A stretch of DNA of 63,666 nt, filler included, from Rhabdomonas costata (Eukaryota), in NCBI GenBank assembly GCA_019059605.1. It is 52 parts of 52 records of this genome, joined end to end, with 100 filler letters (N's around TTAATTAATTAA, not from the genome) between each part and the next. Parts side by side here need not be neighbours in the genome. Positions count along the whole stretch, not along the records: positions 12,268 to 13,394 come from JAHMHO010027288.1; positions 13,495 to 14,621 come from JAHMHO010027289.1; positions 14,722 to 15,848 come from JAHMHO010027290.1; positions 15,949 to 17,074 come from JAHMHO010027291.1; positions 17,175 to 18,301 come from JAHMHO010027292.1; positions 18,402 to 19,527 come from JAHMHO010027293.1; positions 19,628 to 20,753 come from JAHMHO010027294.1; positions 20,854 to 21,979 come from JAHMHO010027295.1; 44 more parts are not named here. One strand, given 5' to 3'. This document shows positions 12,985 through 26,220 of the stretch, piece by piece. Within the stretch, counting starts at the first letter, position 1. Every line of letters starts with the position of its first letter. The notes below the pieces were generated by a model, which saw only the letters and a list, made by a program, of their open reading frames with translations, was not told the DNA's origin and did no database searches. Position numbers and translations under genes: made by a program.

Positions 12985-13394
12985 CCCATAGCTGGCGCAG
13001 GAGCTCCCAGCCTGGCGTCCCGGTGGGGTGCACGAAGGTGCACCGGGGGTCCGTGCAAAGCCCCGCCAGGAAGCACATGCACACCTGATCAAAAATCTCG
13101 TGTTCCTGCGAGCAGGTGAGCACCCGATCTCTTCTGAGAACCAGCTCAGTCAAGTGTTTTAAAAACATATTAATCAATACGGCACCAATGGAACCGAGGA
13201 AGTGGAAACAAATACACAGGTACGCTGGAGCACTCACCTTGATCATGCTAAAGAGGTATGCCGAGAGGTTCTTTACCCGCCGCAGGTCCACCGCGGCCAG
13301 GCTGAGAAGGATTTGCTGCTGTACCTTCCACGGCCGCTCCGCCAGCGCAGCCACCGCGGGGGCATCCAGGTCGGCTTCACACAGGCCCCACACA
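12985..13394 (-). CDS. Two exons (13238-13394, 12985-13084): hnRNP-Q acidic-domain-like helical module plus CCCH zinc finger; probable RNA-binding protein
   Basis: LDAPAVAALAERPWKVQQQILLSLAAVDLRRVKNLSAYLFSMIK resembles hnRNP Q/R AcD (LDxxAxxAL...DLxxVxNxSAFL). Intron AAG|gtgagt...atcag. Then C-x7-C-x4-C-x3-H (CMCFLAGLCTDPRCTFVH). Confidence 0.65.
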
Positions 13395-15282
13395 NNNNNN
13401 NNNNNNNNNNNNNNNNNNNNNNNNNNNNNNNNNNNNNNTTAATTAATTAANNNNNNNNNNNNNNNNNNNNNNNNNNNNNNNNNNNNNNNNNNNNGGGGTG
13501 TTTGCGCGCTCTGCGCCGTTTTTGATTGCCTTGCCCGCCCTATATTTAGCATTTATGTGGCGAAACTGCGGTTCCCTCTTTTTGAAAGGAACAACGCTAC
13601 AAAAGCGCTTGTCGCTTTTTCACGTTTAGCGCGCCCATTAGGACGGAAAATCTTCATCATTTTGCCGCCCGCTGTGGCCGGTGGACCTTTTCCTTAACGG
13701 GCGCCTTGCGCATTCTTGGCGCGTAGCGGTGTAGTAATGTAACGAACATCCACTTCTAGGGTGCGTAAACGCAAGGAAGCATGCGCAACTTAGTGAGGCA
13801 TGCCCAGCAACAAACACAAGGGGCCCTATGTTGGACGGCCCAGCCTGATGCCAGGCTACTTACCCGTCCCGGAGGGTTCAAAGGACTGCGGACCCGGCTT
13901 GGGGCTCACCGCTTCCCGAACGCCTGTGACGCGCGTTGCGCGCCGCCGGGGCATACCTGGGGGTATACACCAGGTACCTGGCTTTGATTGCACTCAGCCG
14001 CCTTTCGAGGCGCCGGGCGGGTTCCTTCGCGACTCCCGCTTTTTCTCGGTGACCGGACGGTCGTGGTGCGAGGGCGCGCATGCTTTGACTCCAAAACCCA
14101 AACCTCTTGGCAAACTGCCTGCGTGTGGGCTGCCCTTCCGCGTGGAGTGTGTGCTTTGGACTGCCTGATGCCTGTGGTGTGCTTTGGCTTTGCCCCTTCT
14201 AACAAACACGCGGACTTCACCCTACGAACTCAACCCCTACAACCAGAACCCCAAACAAAAGCAAGAAGAAAGAAAGAGGAAATTAAACACACCACCCTTC
14301 AACCCATTGCATTACGCAATCATCGAACTCCTATTCCAACACGCCAGGTCAAAAAGCCACAAAACACATCCAAGGTCCCTTTTGATTCTTCAACTCAATG
14401 TAGAAAGTCTTCAAGATTCCACTCAAAGTAATCTTCTTCAAAATCCGCGGCATTCTCGACCATCACCACATCGTCCTTGAAATCCTTCGAACTTCTTGGA
14501 AATTCTTTGCTCCACCGCGTTCTCCTCGTTGAACTCTTTCAAGATGGTTCTTGTACGAATGCAAACTCCTCTGCTTTCAACCTTCTGCTTGCGACTCGAT
14601 TCTTTTTCTTGCCACAACCACNNNNNNNNNNNNNNNNNNNNNNNNNNNNNNNNNNNNNNNNNNNNTTAATTAATTAANNNNNNNNNNNNNNNNNNNNNNN
14701 NNNNNNNNNNNNNNNNNNNNNGGGTGTGTGGGTGCTCAACCTGATCAACTCTGGTCGATCTGAGCACAGGCTCTGGTGGTCTATGCAAAATTCTTAGCGG
14801 GAATGTGCCTGGAGCTCTCTGCACAACACTTGCGCTGGCTGGCATCCTGACTGTGGACGAAGTGGGCCTCTTAGGTGGGGCGGGAGCGGCCATGTCTCCT
14901 GCCCCCTCTAGTTTGACTGATCTACACTCTTCTGAAATTCTCCAACTGACCCCTTTGGCACAATTCTCTGAACCAACTCCGTCTTAGCCAATTCACAATC
15001 CCTATAAAAATGGCTCGTACTTCCACAATACATGCGCACTCTGGAAGGGACCTGCGGCTTCGCGTTCTCCAAACTTGAACTCGGAAACGGTGACTGCTGC
15101 CTGCTCACTGTGGAAGTCGGGCTTGGGGGTCGAGGCAGGGAGACATCTCCCCTCCTGGGAAACGAGGGAATTCTGGGTCTACAGCTTCTAGACGTTGAAG
15201 GTGATCTGTAACCTCGGCCTCCTCTTACCGCGTATCATCGAGCTCTGAACGCCAACATTACTCTGGATGGAGTCACCCTACT

Positions 15283-15848
15283 CTATGGAGAAGGCGTACG
15301 TGTCGCATTAAATTGTGGCTGTGGAGGGGCGGAAAACATCACAGAACTCGCCGGAACTGTGGCTGCTAACGTTGGCTGTGTCGCCATTTCGAACAAATTT
15401 GCACTTCTCTGCACCGCACTTACGTTAACCATACCTCTGGAAACTGTGGAAGTGGCACCGCTGACATTTCTATCTGTAGAGGTTAGAAAGGCCGTACTCA
15501 CCGAGAAATGGGTGCACCCATAACGTAGAGCATCTAAATCCATTGCCGCACCCCCCGCCGTGATTTCTCTCTGAACAGATCCCTCTAAAACAGCCACAAT
15601 CACCTGTGGAGGGGGTCTCGGATTTCTGAAATACTCCCAGGCCTTATCCATTGCCTCTGTAAGGGTCCGTGGATTCTTCGCCATCACTTTGGCCTGGATG
15701 TCCCCTTCTAAAACTCTGACAAACAGATACTGCAAAAGAGTTTCGTTGTCAAACTTCGTCCCCTTCAACAGATTCATCCCGGTCACAAACTGCTATGGTA
15801 GAATTGGAAATTCCCCTCCGACATCTTCAATTGCTACAACCCACACAC
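15283..15848 (-). mobile_element. Ty3/gypsy-type Gag-like fragment
   Basis: LFVRVLEGDIQAKVMAKNPRTLTEAMDKA matches the Gag capsid C-terminal pattern F..GL...I...V....P.TL.EA...A, followed by AMDLDAL (PMDLD-like). Intronless. Confidence 0.7.
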
Positions 15849-16934
15849 NNNNNNNNNNNNNNNNNNNNNNNNNNNNNNNNNNNNNNNNNNNNTTAATTAA
15901 TTAANNNNNNNNNNNNNNNNNNNNNNNNNNNNNNNNNNNNNNNNNNNNTGTTGGGTGCGTTTGGGGTTTGGGGGAATCCCATTCCGCGTTGCCAGCAGGA
16001 CCAAAAATTCTCGAATTTTTTCTTAAATAATTTTTGAGATTGTTTTTGTTGAACGTAAAACAATCCTTCAGTCAGCGGCCGTTACAGAAAAAGGACCCGC
16101 CGATCACCACCCGCCATTGCCACCGCTGTGTTGAGGTCATTATGTTGAGCAGCATTCTGTTGTAGCTGGCTATCACCCTGTTTATTATTATCAGATTAGC
16201 ATTTTGACATCAGCAAGGACATTGGAGCCAATGCTCCCCTGCTGTTGTAAAATACGCAGACTTCCATCTGCTTGTATTTGTTTGCCCAATCGCGCAGATT
16301 GATTTGAGCACATTTTCTTGTGTGTTTTTGTGTTTTCTTTGTTGTCTTTGTGTTTTCCCTTTTCTCCCCCAAACCTGTTCTTCGCATTGTTTGTCTCCTT
16401 GTACAATTTTAAAAGCCCACCCGTGCAAACCACAACTTCTGAAACCCTCCCCCGCAACCCGTTCTCGGCTTTTCCCACTTTTGGGCGGTGCATTCCAAAA
16501 CCTTTGAACGTGAATCGCTGAGTGGTGAGTGTGAGTAAAGTACTGAGAGAGCGCTGCCGCGGAAATGCTCGCCAGTTCCTCTGCGCCGCGGCTCCCGGTG
16601 TCGGCGTCCTCCCGGTTTGCCTCCACCCCGGCGTACATCACCGTGCCTGCCCGTGCGGTGATGCTAGGCGGGGGCTGTGGGGGCTTCTCCAGCCCCACCT
16701 CCCCACCTGTCTCCGCACCTGCCTTCCCGTTTGATGGCTCTGCGTCCTGGCAGGTCTGCCAGCTGCCAGTTTATTTTTTGACTGGAGAGAGTGTGTGTGA
16801 GTGTGTGTTGGAGTGCTGGGAAGCGAAGGGAAAAACACAGACCGAAGGAGTGCAGTGACATCCGTGGGTACCACACGCAGAAGCAGGACCCAGGCTTACG
16901 CAAGGTCGTAAGAGAGACCTGCAGGCCAAGCGGG

Positions 16935-17054
16935 GTATACGAGCGCGGAGGGTTGGGCTCCCATATGCAGAGTACTCCAAACGCACCAGTCGGGGTTCTT
17001 AAGGCCCCGCTTACACCATCGGTCGCAGGTCCGGAGGGGGACACCATCCCTGAG
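16935..17054 (-). repeat. Dispersed repeat, copy 2 (homologous to 5876-5969, with a 24-nt insertion)
   Basis: Reverse complement aligns to 5876-5969 with extra ggtgtaagcggggccttaagaacc. Confidence 0.85.
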
Positions 17055-19749
17055 AGGCAAGGTGCATACCAATTNNNNNNNNNNNNNNNNNNNNNNNNNN
17101 NNNNNNNNNNNNNNNNNNTTAATTAATTAANNNNNNNNNNNNNNNNNNNNNNNNNNNNNNNNNNNNNNNNNNNNGGTTTTTTGTTCCCTCACCAGGTATT
17201 TCGCTTCACATGAATGCATTCTGATTGCTTCCAATGTCACTCGTTTACGCACAATTCGTTAGCTTCATACTGGTTTAAAGGAGAGAGCATGAGAGAGCAT
17301 AAAGAGAAGTTGAAGGCTAGCCTGCCGAGATCTGCAGAAGCCAAGAAGGATCCAGAAAAGGTTCCCGAGGCCCCGTGTCCGGCAGCCGGCGAAACGGTTG
17401 GTGTTTTCCATCGTCAGGGGATGTCTTTAAGATCCCACTCTGGAAGAAGAGGGAAGAGAGGCGACCGAGGCATGATAACAGAATGGGCCAGCACAGATAG
17501 TTGGAGCGTCCCAGAACAGTGGTTTGAGCCAAAGATAGGACCTTTTTCCTCCTACTTTTGCAAAGGTCAAGGCAGCACGTCCTCAGTTGGGCATTCGACG
17601 CAATGCGATGTTTCTTTTGGACAGATTCTCTGTTATTGGATTGTATGCATTTAGTGACGGGGAGCTCTGGTCCGGCGGAGCCTGTGGCGGTGGTGGACGC
17701 CCCCACCATCACAGAGAGCGGGAGAGACTCCTGTGCTGGTGCCTCCCGTGGCGGCGACCTTCGAGTATGCCGCAGGTGCTGTGGTCGACCCCAATTCCAC
17801 CCATTTTCGTCCCCCTTGGCCCTCCTTTGAACCGGAGCTGGTCCCCTCTTAACAAGGGTGCCCCAGCAGCATTAGCCGAATTTAGCCGATCAATGCCGAC
17901 GGCATGTTTGCGGATGACTCAAAGCGCTTGGCGAGCATTGCTCGAGGGACATCGCAGGTGACGTTTTGTTGAGAAACTCAAAAAGTCGGTGAAGATTTCG
18001 AAGGAGTCGACTACCAGAACGCAGGGCTCCAGGTGGCGCTGTTTGTGTTGCTCTTTTTTCTGTATGTATGTGTGTGTGAAACAGGGAGCTGCAGGGCCAG
18101 CGGCACCTTGTGGTAGTCTGCCGGGAGTCTTTCCGCGCCCGTCTGAGCTCCGCGCACGGAGTGCTGGCCCTTGCGCTGCACCCGCCGCGGCCCGGCTCAC
18201 GTTCAGCCACGGCCACCAGCATTGCCAGGGGACCCGCGGCCCGAGGAAGAAGCCGTGGGTGCTCACCCTCCTCGCAAGGCAGTGACATTCACACACCCAC
18301 CNNNNNNNNNNNNNNNNNNNNNNNNNNNNNNNNNNNNNNNNNNNNTTAATTAATTAANNNNNNNNNNNNNNNNNNNNNNNNNNNNNNNNNNNNNNNNNNN
18401 NTGTGGGGTTTTCTTATGCGAGGTGAGTGAGATGGAACGAACGAACACCACCCTGACGAAGGCTAAGTCATTGTCGCCCATGGCAATGTGAGAACCGTTA
18501 GCCGTTTTCGTAGTAGGGCAAGTCTCGGACTACTGACTCGTCGTACCCTTGCCGGCGAACCTCAAAACAACGGACAGGAAGAAATCATCGCCATTTCCCT
18601 CCTTCCTCCCCCTCCCAACCTCACTCCATGTCGAGGTTACTCTTCTTTTCGTTCATCACTCAGTGGTTCGCTTGCATCCAACACAAAAAATCCACCGCAG
18701 GCCAGAAGACGATGCTCCTAAGTTAAAATTGCTCCAGAAAAACTTCGCCCGACCAGAATTCGGGGCTTGCAAAACTGAAACAGGCATGAGATTTCGCTGG
18801 CATCTCGGGCAGCGGCAGTCACACTGGAATACCATGCTGTCTCCGCTGACGAGCAGTCTTCGGGGCGGGAGCCGTGGTTAGTGTGCGATCCCCCTGAATC
18901 GGCGGGGAAGACGAAGCTGTGGGGTGGACCTCGCAGGAGTGCCGGTATAGCTGAGTGCAGAATGGCAGCATTCATCAAACAATGGGTGTGGAGGGTGCCA
19001 GAGAGACTATAGTAAACACTATGAAAACACGCAAGGGCACACAACTCATTAGAATCGGTGAGAGTTCTTCAGTCCAAACCACAAGGGAGCAGAGCAGGGC
19101 GATTCCCACCACCTGCCCACCGAGGCAGTCCCCCAGGAAGAGCCAAGGGCAGGGCAAAGGATGGATCAAGCGTCAAAAGGAGCGCAAAAAAAAGTCTTGC
19201 AAACACACCTGCAGCTCGGCACTTGGCGGGCGCTGAGGCGCCAACACCGTAATTTCGGAAGGGGCACCGGCTGGTGGGATAGAGGAAGGAAAGGCAGGGG
19301 CGTGGGCGGCCTCCGCAGTGTGCACCGCAGCGGCCGTGGACGCCACCTAAGATTGTTGAGAGGAGAGAGTGAGAGTGTAAGTGAGGTGAAACGGGTGAAC
19401 TCTGAGCTGAATGATCTGATGCCTTACTGGAATGACTGGCGTTTCGAGACATCTGAGAGAATGAGAGTGAGTGTAAGAGGGAGAGACCACACGCACACCC
19501 ATCAGCAAACACACCCTGTCCACAACANNNNNNNNNNNNNNNNNNNNNNNNNNNNNNNNNNNNNNNNNNNNTTAATTAATTAANNNNNNNNNNNNNNNNN
19601 NNNNNNNNNNNNNNNNNNNNNNNNNNNATGATATTCCCCCACCACTTGGAACCTACCTCGTCATCTTAAACAGAAAGGAAAATGGCTCAAGAAACGCAGG
19701 GCAAAAACCCACCGCAAAGAGGAAGACACCACCAAGCATGAATGCATAC

Positions 19750-20697
19750 TCAATATCAAAGGTGAGCACGCGCATCTCGCCACTGTCGTTGAGGCTTGGG
19801 CATGGCTTCGGCACGCCATCCTTGTAGCGGTCCTTGGAGTTCGGGGGTACCCCTGGCCCCGTGCTGGCGTCGCTGAAGCAGTAGCACAGCACGTCCAGCA
19901 CGAACTTCTCCGTGTGCTGCTCGGTGATGTTGTGGCCCAAGGAGCCAGCAGCAGGGTCCTGCAGCTTGCGGAAGTTCAGGCAAATGCACCAGTCATAGTC
20001 CAGATCGCCATCCTAAGAGAAAAAGGAAATAATAGCAAACCACACTAAGCTAATGCAATAGGATCGCGGGCACGCAAAGACAAAAAGAAAAAGGAGCCCA
20101 TATGCGGGGGGAGGGATCCCCCACTCCCATTCCGGGCATCCTCACTTCCCCGTTAAGGAGTGCTGCACATGACCCCCCCTCTCAAACAACGTTGCACCCA
20201 ACGATATAAGCCACGCAATCACCGGGGAGCGAGAACGGAGCGGGTGACCTTTACGGAGAGCAGTCGACCAGGCTGGAGGAAACTGAGGATGTTCTCAGGC
20301 TTCACCACCACTTGCCGGATCTCTTCTCGGAGCTTCTCCAGCTGATGTCGGATGCTGTAGTACTCCCCGATGGGCTGCGAGAATCCACATTCAGAGAGAC
20401 AGAGAAAAACGTTGTCAGGTTGTCAGTCAGGAAAGAAAAACCGCGACACCAAGACGGAATAGTAATCAATAATATTCTGAATGGGAAACTTGACTCCCGT
20501 ACCTCCCTAACACAGCAACGGACAGCAAATGGACTCAGTGCAAAATGTCTCAGCTGCGTATCCTGATTCGAACAAGTCTGCGCGGCTGGGCGCACCTCTT
20601 CATGCTCCACCTTGATCAGCGCCTTCTGATCCTCAGCTCCTTCAGCTCCTTTTCCAAAGCAGGCTTCTGCTTCTCCACTTGGAATTGGTAGAAGCTC
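19750..20697 (-). CDS. MTR4: Exosome RNA helicase MTR4 (SKIV2L2/Dob1), arch/KOW region; exons 20596-20697, 20249-20374, 19750-20012
   Basis: SFYQFQ...(frameshift)...IKVEHEE | PIGEYYSIRHQLEKLREEIRQVVVKPENILSFLQPGRLLSVK | DGDLDYDWCICLNFRK...FVLDVLC...PCPSLNDSGEMRV. Collinear with MTR4 motifs SFYQFQ, FLQPGRL, GWGVVVNF, GEM.V. All introns GT-AG. Confidence 0.9.
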
Positions 20698-23600
20698 CTA
20701 CGGGGCAAAGAGAAAGAAGGAAGCTCACTACTCACACAAAGAACCCAAAAACANNNNNNNNNNNNNNNNNNNNNNNNNNNNNNNNNNNNNNNNNNNNTTA
20801 ATTAATTAANNNNNNNNNNNNNNNNNNNNNNNNNNNNNNNNNNNNNNNNNNNNGGGTTGGGGTGCATGGTCACCCGTTCATTGGGAGCCTTCGACCAGCA
20901 GCACGCCTTCAAGGTATTTCACTCTTCGTAACCCCGACCGTGAGGTGTCATGTTTTGTTAACCTTGCCTGTATTTACGTCTAAAGTGAAGTTTCGGAAAC
21001 TGGGAAGGGGGGCACAGAAAGCGATGAAGCAGAGCCAACCCCTGCCCGGGCATCTGTGTCCGCTGGTGGACCGTCGAGCCGTCGCCGCCGCTCCTCCGCA
21101 GCACCGGCGCAGCTTCGGCCGTGTGAGCTGGCGGGGTACCGCCGCAAGCTGCAGGCCATGCTGCAGGGTCACGTCAGTATCCTGCAGCAGCGGGATAGGG
21201 TGCGTGCGCTGGAGTACTCTTCTGTGGCAAGGAAAAGAGAAAGAAGTTGAAGAGAATGCATTACGCAAATGTCTGCTCCGTGTACGCAGCACTCCTCTGT
21301 CGCCATCGTCCCATTTTATAATTCGTCGTTGCCACGTTAGGGTGAGTGAAACGTGCTCCCGTAGTCAGCTGCAGGTGAAGTTGAATCGGAGGTGGGGAGT
21401 TTGTCTTTTTTTTTCTTTTGTCTTGTTGTGGTTCCCAGGGGGTGAGGCGGCCCTGACGCAGCATCCATACCTCTGCAGCCTCTTGCTTGAAATGCGCGGT
21501 GAGCGCAAGGGTTTGGCATACTTCTTCTTTTGGCTTGCTTGCGTAGTATCTGAATTATTCCTTACGCACCCCACCACACCCAAATGCACATACACTTTTT
21601 GCACTTTGCCACATACGCATACACTGCCCACTGACGTGCGCGACTCAGTGGCTCACAACAAATGAAAACATCCTGGGTGTCGTGAGCCCCTTGATCCTGA
21701 AGTACCCTATCTCTTCTGCTGCTTGTGAACAACAGAATGTGGAGTGGTCTGGTGAAGTTCAGAGCAGTTTTGGCGTGCTGGATCGTGGAGAAGGTGGCCA
21801 AACCCGGGAACCGATGAAATGGTGTTGAGGCCATTATCCTTGAAGACGTGCACACAAAAAAAAAGGATCGAGTGCTTCAAGCGCTGCTGGGTAGGCTGGG
21901 CTCGCTGTGGTGTTCGGAGCCCTCGCAGCGCGCTGCGAGGGCTCCGAGCACCACACCACCCCCAACCACACCCACCACANNNNNNNNNNNNNNNNNNNNN
22001 NNNNNNNNNNNNNNNNNNNNNNNTTAATTAATTAANNNNNNNNNNNNNNNNNNNNNNNNNNNNNNNNNNNNNNNNNNNNGGGTTGGGGGGGGACGAACCT
22101 GCAAGCTTTGTTCCGCCAACAGGTCCTATTTGTCAGAATTAATGATGGAATTGGTGCCACAGCCAACCAGATACCATGCTTGACCTCACGCATGCTGTTA
22201 ACTGCAGAATCCGAATAGCCAACCTTCAGACTGTGATCCTCCCCTAGGGGCCTGCACCATTTTCATATAAACCTCACTCTGTCGTTCTCAGAGTCCATTG
22301 ACGTTTGATAACGACCGCATGTGTCTCCTTCTATTCTTTCCTGCAAGGGGTAAGGCATTAGGTTATTGTCAAAAATGACAAGTGGGATGATGCAAGACAT
22401 ATTTTCACATGATCAGAAGCTCCGCGTCTGACGGCCTCGCGTCCCTCCGTGTGCTCCGCAATCCTCCGTGCTATCTCCAGAGAAGCTTGCTTTATCCACG
22501 ACCTGCCCACTTGCCGTCACCGCGACCATTCCTCAGATTTACGTTCTGCAGTTCCCTTTCATTCGTCTGATACTTCTGCTCTGCCCCACCGCCGCGGCTG
22601 TGCCCTGCCGCCTCTGCGTGCGCTCTAATTCTGCTAGTCATTTGGGGACACTAACAACCTTCGCCTGGGGGAGGGGGCACCCCATGAGACCTTCCGCTGT
22701 CTGGAAAGCCACCCATCGGAAGGAGGAAAGGAGAGCCAGAGGAGATCCTTTATCTCCGACCTTTTCCTCCTTTTCTAGCTCACTCTATGACTTCCCTATC
22801 GCTATGTGCCTCTCGGGGTTTTTGGGGAATGAGGTACCTCTGCTTTTGGGGAAGTTACGAACGTTCCCCCCCGCGTATGATGAAGACAGTCTGCCGACAC
22901 TCACCGCTCATGCATTCACAGTTGCTGAGGGCGAAAACTTCGGACCTCGTTCATTTTTGGGGAAAGTGGCTGAATGTTGACGTGTGCTAATCTTGCCCGT
23001 GCTCAAATGAAACCAAATATCCATTAAAAATGGCCGGCATTCAGTGTATTGCCCGCGTTGCCCTTTTTTGCCCTTTGGGCCACAACAACTGCCCCCACAT
23101 CTCGTTTCGGCCTTCTCGCCGATCCCTTGCAAACAATTAATTAGTCTTTTCTTCTCTTCCTCACTTGGTATTCACTGGACCCACAACACCACACACACCC
23201 AACACNNNNNNNNNNNNNNNNNNNNNNNNNNNNNNNNNNNNNNNNNNNNTTAATTAATTAANNNNNNNNNNNNNNNNNNNNNNNNNNNNNNNNNNNNNNN
23301 NNNNNTCGGCCTGGTTTTGCACTGTGCCAGGGTTCTCGTGGACTTCTCTATCGCAGCAGTTTCCGTTCGGTGTGGGCACGGTCCATCAGAGTGTGGGGCT
23401 CTTGTAATTTGGGGAGGGGAGTGCGTTACACGTTAAACGCCGTTAAGGTGTCGAAAGACTGGGCGAAAATGTTACCCGGTGCGAGGTGAAAAGCTTTTCA
23501 ACAAAAATTCAAGATCCAAAACGATAATGATAATGATAGGGAAAAGACGATAGTGCGCAGAAAAAATTCTGCTCACTGTCGTCTTTCAAAAGGTGATAGT

Positions 23601-24531
23601 AAGCACTGTCGTTTTTTTTACCTCACTTTCACCAGGGAGTGTGGAGATAGGGAGGGTAGTGAGACGTCGCTGTCGGGGGAAGACAAAAGAGCACCCAGAG
23701 CGCGTCGCGGCCTTCGGTTGCGGGCACCTCATCCATCGGCATTCAGAGGGGCAGTTGAACAACCTAAAACCTAAACCTAAGATAACATCATTCAGCGGTA
23801 CAGCACCACATAACCCTACCCCCCGTACTCGGAAATTTTTTTGTTTTAGACGTTGTTTACCGTTCAATCAGTGGATGACGAAAATGTTCACTTTCTGATA
23901 TGAAGCCATACTGTTTGACGAAATGTTAACGACGACAACAAAGCCCAACGGGAATTTGCGTTCCATTTCTGGTTTGGTCGTAATCAGGCCAGTGCAGCAG
24001 CAAAATGTTCGTCTATTCTCCTCTACTTTCTGCAGTGGCAATCTGATTACCTTACTTGTTTCGCGGCGTGGGCGTATTGCCTCTCAGGGGGACCATCATG
24101 AATTCCTCCTCACGAAGGTCCATGCCGAAGCTGTTGTACACCTTGAGTGGGCTGGTCGTGTTGGAAGTGGGGTGGAATCTCTGGGGTAGGACGCCACCCC
24201 CACCTTCCACCTCCCTCTTGGTTCCTCCCTTTCCTGGCTCCCCCACTCTACACTGCTGGGTCACTTTCCGTATGATTTTATTCAGCAACGGTCCTTTTCT
24301 TGGTACCTTGTTCAAAAAACGGACCTTAGTCCTTTCAGCATTGACAAATGCAAAGAACCGAAAACCTTTTCTAATTTCTAAATTTTCTAATTTTATCACC
24401 TACTGAACTTTTTAAGATCAACAAACAACACNNNNNNNNNNNNNNNNNNNNNNNNNNNNNNNNNNNNNNNNNNNNTTAATTAATTAANNNNNNNNNNNNN
24501 NNNNNNNNNNNNNNNNNNNNNNNNNNNNNNN

Positions 24532-25657
24532 TGTTTGTAGCGCCGGAAGCCCCAGGTAAACCTTCAGGACTATCCACTTCCAGTGACTGTGCTCTTGCTC
24601 GCTCGATATTTTGGCCCAGAGCGGTGGGCAGGAAGTCTGACTCTGCAGTAATACCTGCCAATCTGACACGGGAACCGCTCCGGGGCAGCCCTTGGGTCTG
24701 GATGCCGTCCAATGAAAAAGCAGAGGCGTCGAGGGCATGTGCAACTTGTGAAGAGGAGCGCGCACGAAAGGAGTTCTGTACTTCTCGAGAGAAACTCACG
24801 TGCTGTCGCTCACGAGAGAGCTTGAAGCTTGCGCTGGCATCTGCCTCATCAATGGTAACGTCAGAGTTGGTATTGGAGCTCTGCTGCGGATGAGTAGCCG
24901 ACTGAAATGTCGGTCCAGTTTCAGTTGCCTCCTCCAATGTTTTCTGATTTTGTGTGGCAGTCTCCGCCGCCACCAACCTGTGCTGATCAGAGAAACCAGC
25001 GCTTGAGATGAGCTGTGCAGGGGCATGGCCGTGCATGATGTTTTCAGTGTTTCTTCCATTTTCTCCCCGCACGGGCTCGTTCCCCTTTTCTAACTTTATG
25101 TGTCGCTCTTCACCTTCATCTCCAGAACTTTGGCTTTTGGGTGCTGAATTTGAAGACGAGGGGGATGGCAGTGGGCCGCCTTCGGGTCGGGGAGAAACAA
25201 TGGGGAATGATTCAGATTCCCTTCTTGCAGACCCATGCGCTCTCTCGGGTGCAACCGACTCGACTACATCTTGCGCTGGCGTTACCGGGGACAATGTAGG
25301 TCTCTTCGTGGTCTCAGAAGCTCGGCCGAAAACGCCGCTCCTGAGCACACCTTCAATTGTATTTGGGTCGGACTGAACAGAGTTCGGATTTGGTGATGGC
25401 AGGATTTCTGGCCCAGACGCCCGTCTATCCGCTGGAGTCGGCACTAAAGGCGGAGAGGCAGCAACCGAGGCCACATGGTCTCTCTCTCTGCTCTGCAGGG
25501 TTTCCACCGTGGCACGGGGATCAGCCCTGACTCCGCGAGAATTGGGTTCACCCAACTCGGCCATTGGCCCCTGGCTCACCTTTTCCACTTCTCGTTGATC
25601 TTCTCCTGCTTCCTGTGGAGCGGAAAAATTTCCGTGGTTGTTGCTTCCCACAAACAC
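24532..25657 (-). CDS. Long open frame, Ser/Pro/Glu-rich probably disordered protein (partial)
   Basis: Frame open across the whole 1126-nt contig; no recognisable domain. Confidence 0.55.
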
Positions 25658-25757
25658 NNNNNNNNNNNNNNNNNNNNNNNNNNNNNNNNNNNNNNNNNNN
25701 NTTAATTAATTAANNNNNNNNNNNNNNNNNNNNNNNNNNNNNNNNNNNNNNNNNNNN

Positions 25758-26220
25758 GGGTGGGGGGGTGTCTGCTTGTTGTTTATGTCACGTTGGTAGT
25801 GGTGTAGGTGTTCGCGATTCCGTTGCTGGTGGTGTTGGTGTTGCTGTCTCTGTTTATGTAGTGGTAGTGCGTGTTCGTGGTTGGGGTGTTGGTGGGTGAG
25901 GGCTGTCAGGATTGGTGGGTGGGTGCGGTTGTGTCGGGGTTAGGGCTTGGTAGTGGTCATGTTGTCCGTCGTGCTTGTATGGTAGCGATTGTTGTCATGG
26001 TAGGATTGTTGGCTGATGGTGTGTTGGGCTGTCATGGTGTGTTTCTGTCTGAGTGTGTTGCGGCGCAGGGTGTGTTGGGGCGAAGTGTGATGGTTGGGAG
26101 TTGTTGTTGCTTCTGTGCCATTGCGTTGGGTTCAGGGTTACTGTCGTTGTTACGTGTGCTTGTTCTGTGGTTGTGTCTGGTTGGTTGGCGCGTAGTGGTT
26201 GGAGGGGCTGTGTTTCGAAG
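25758..26220. repeat. G/T-rich strand-biased low-complexity tract
   Basis: Dominated by gtt/ggt/gtg words; includes gggttaggg. Confidence 0.75.
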
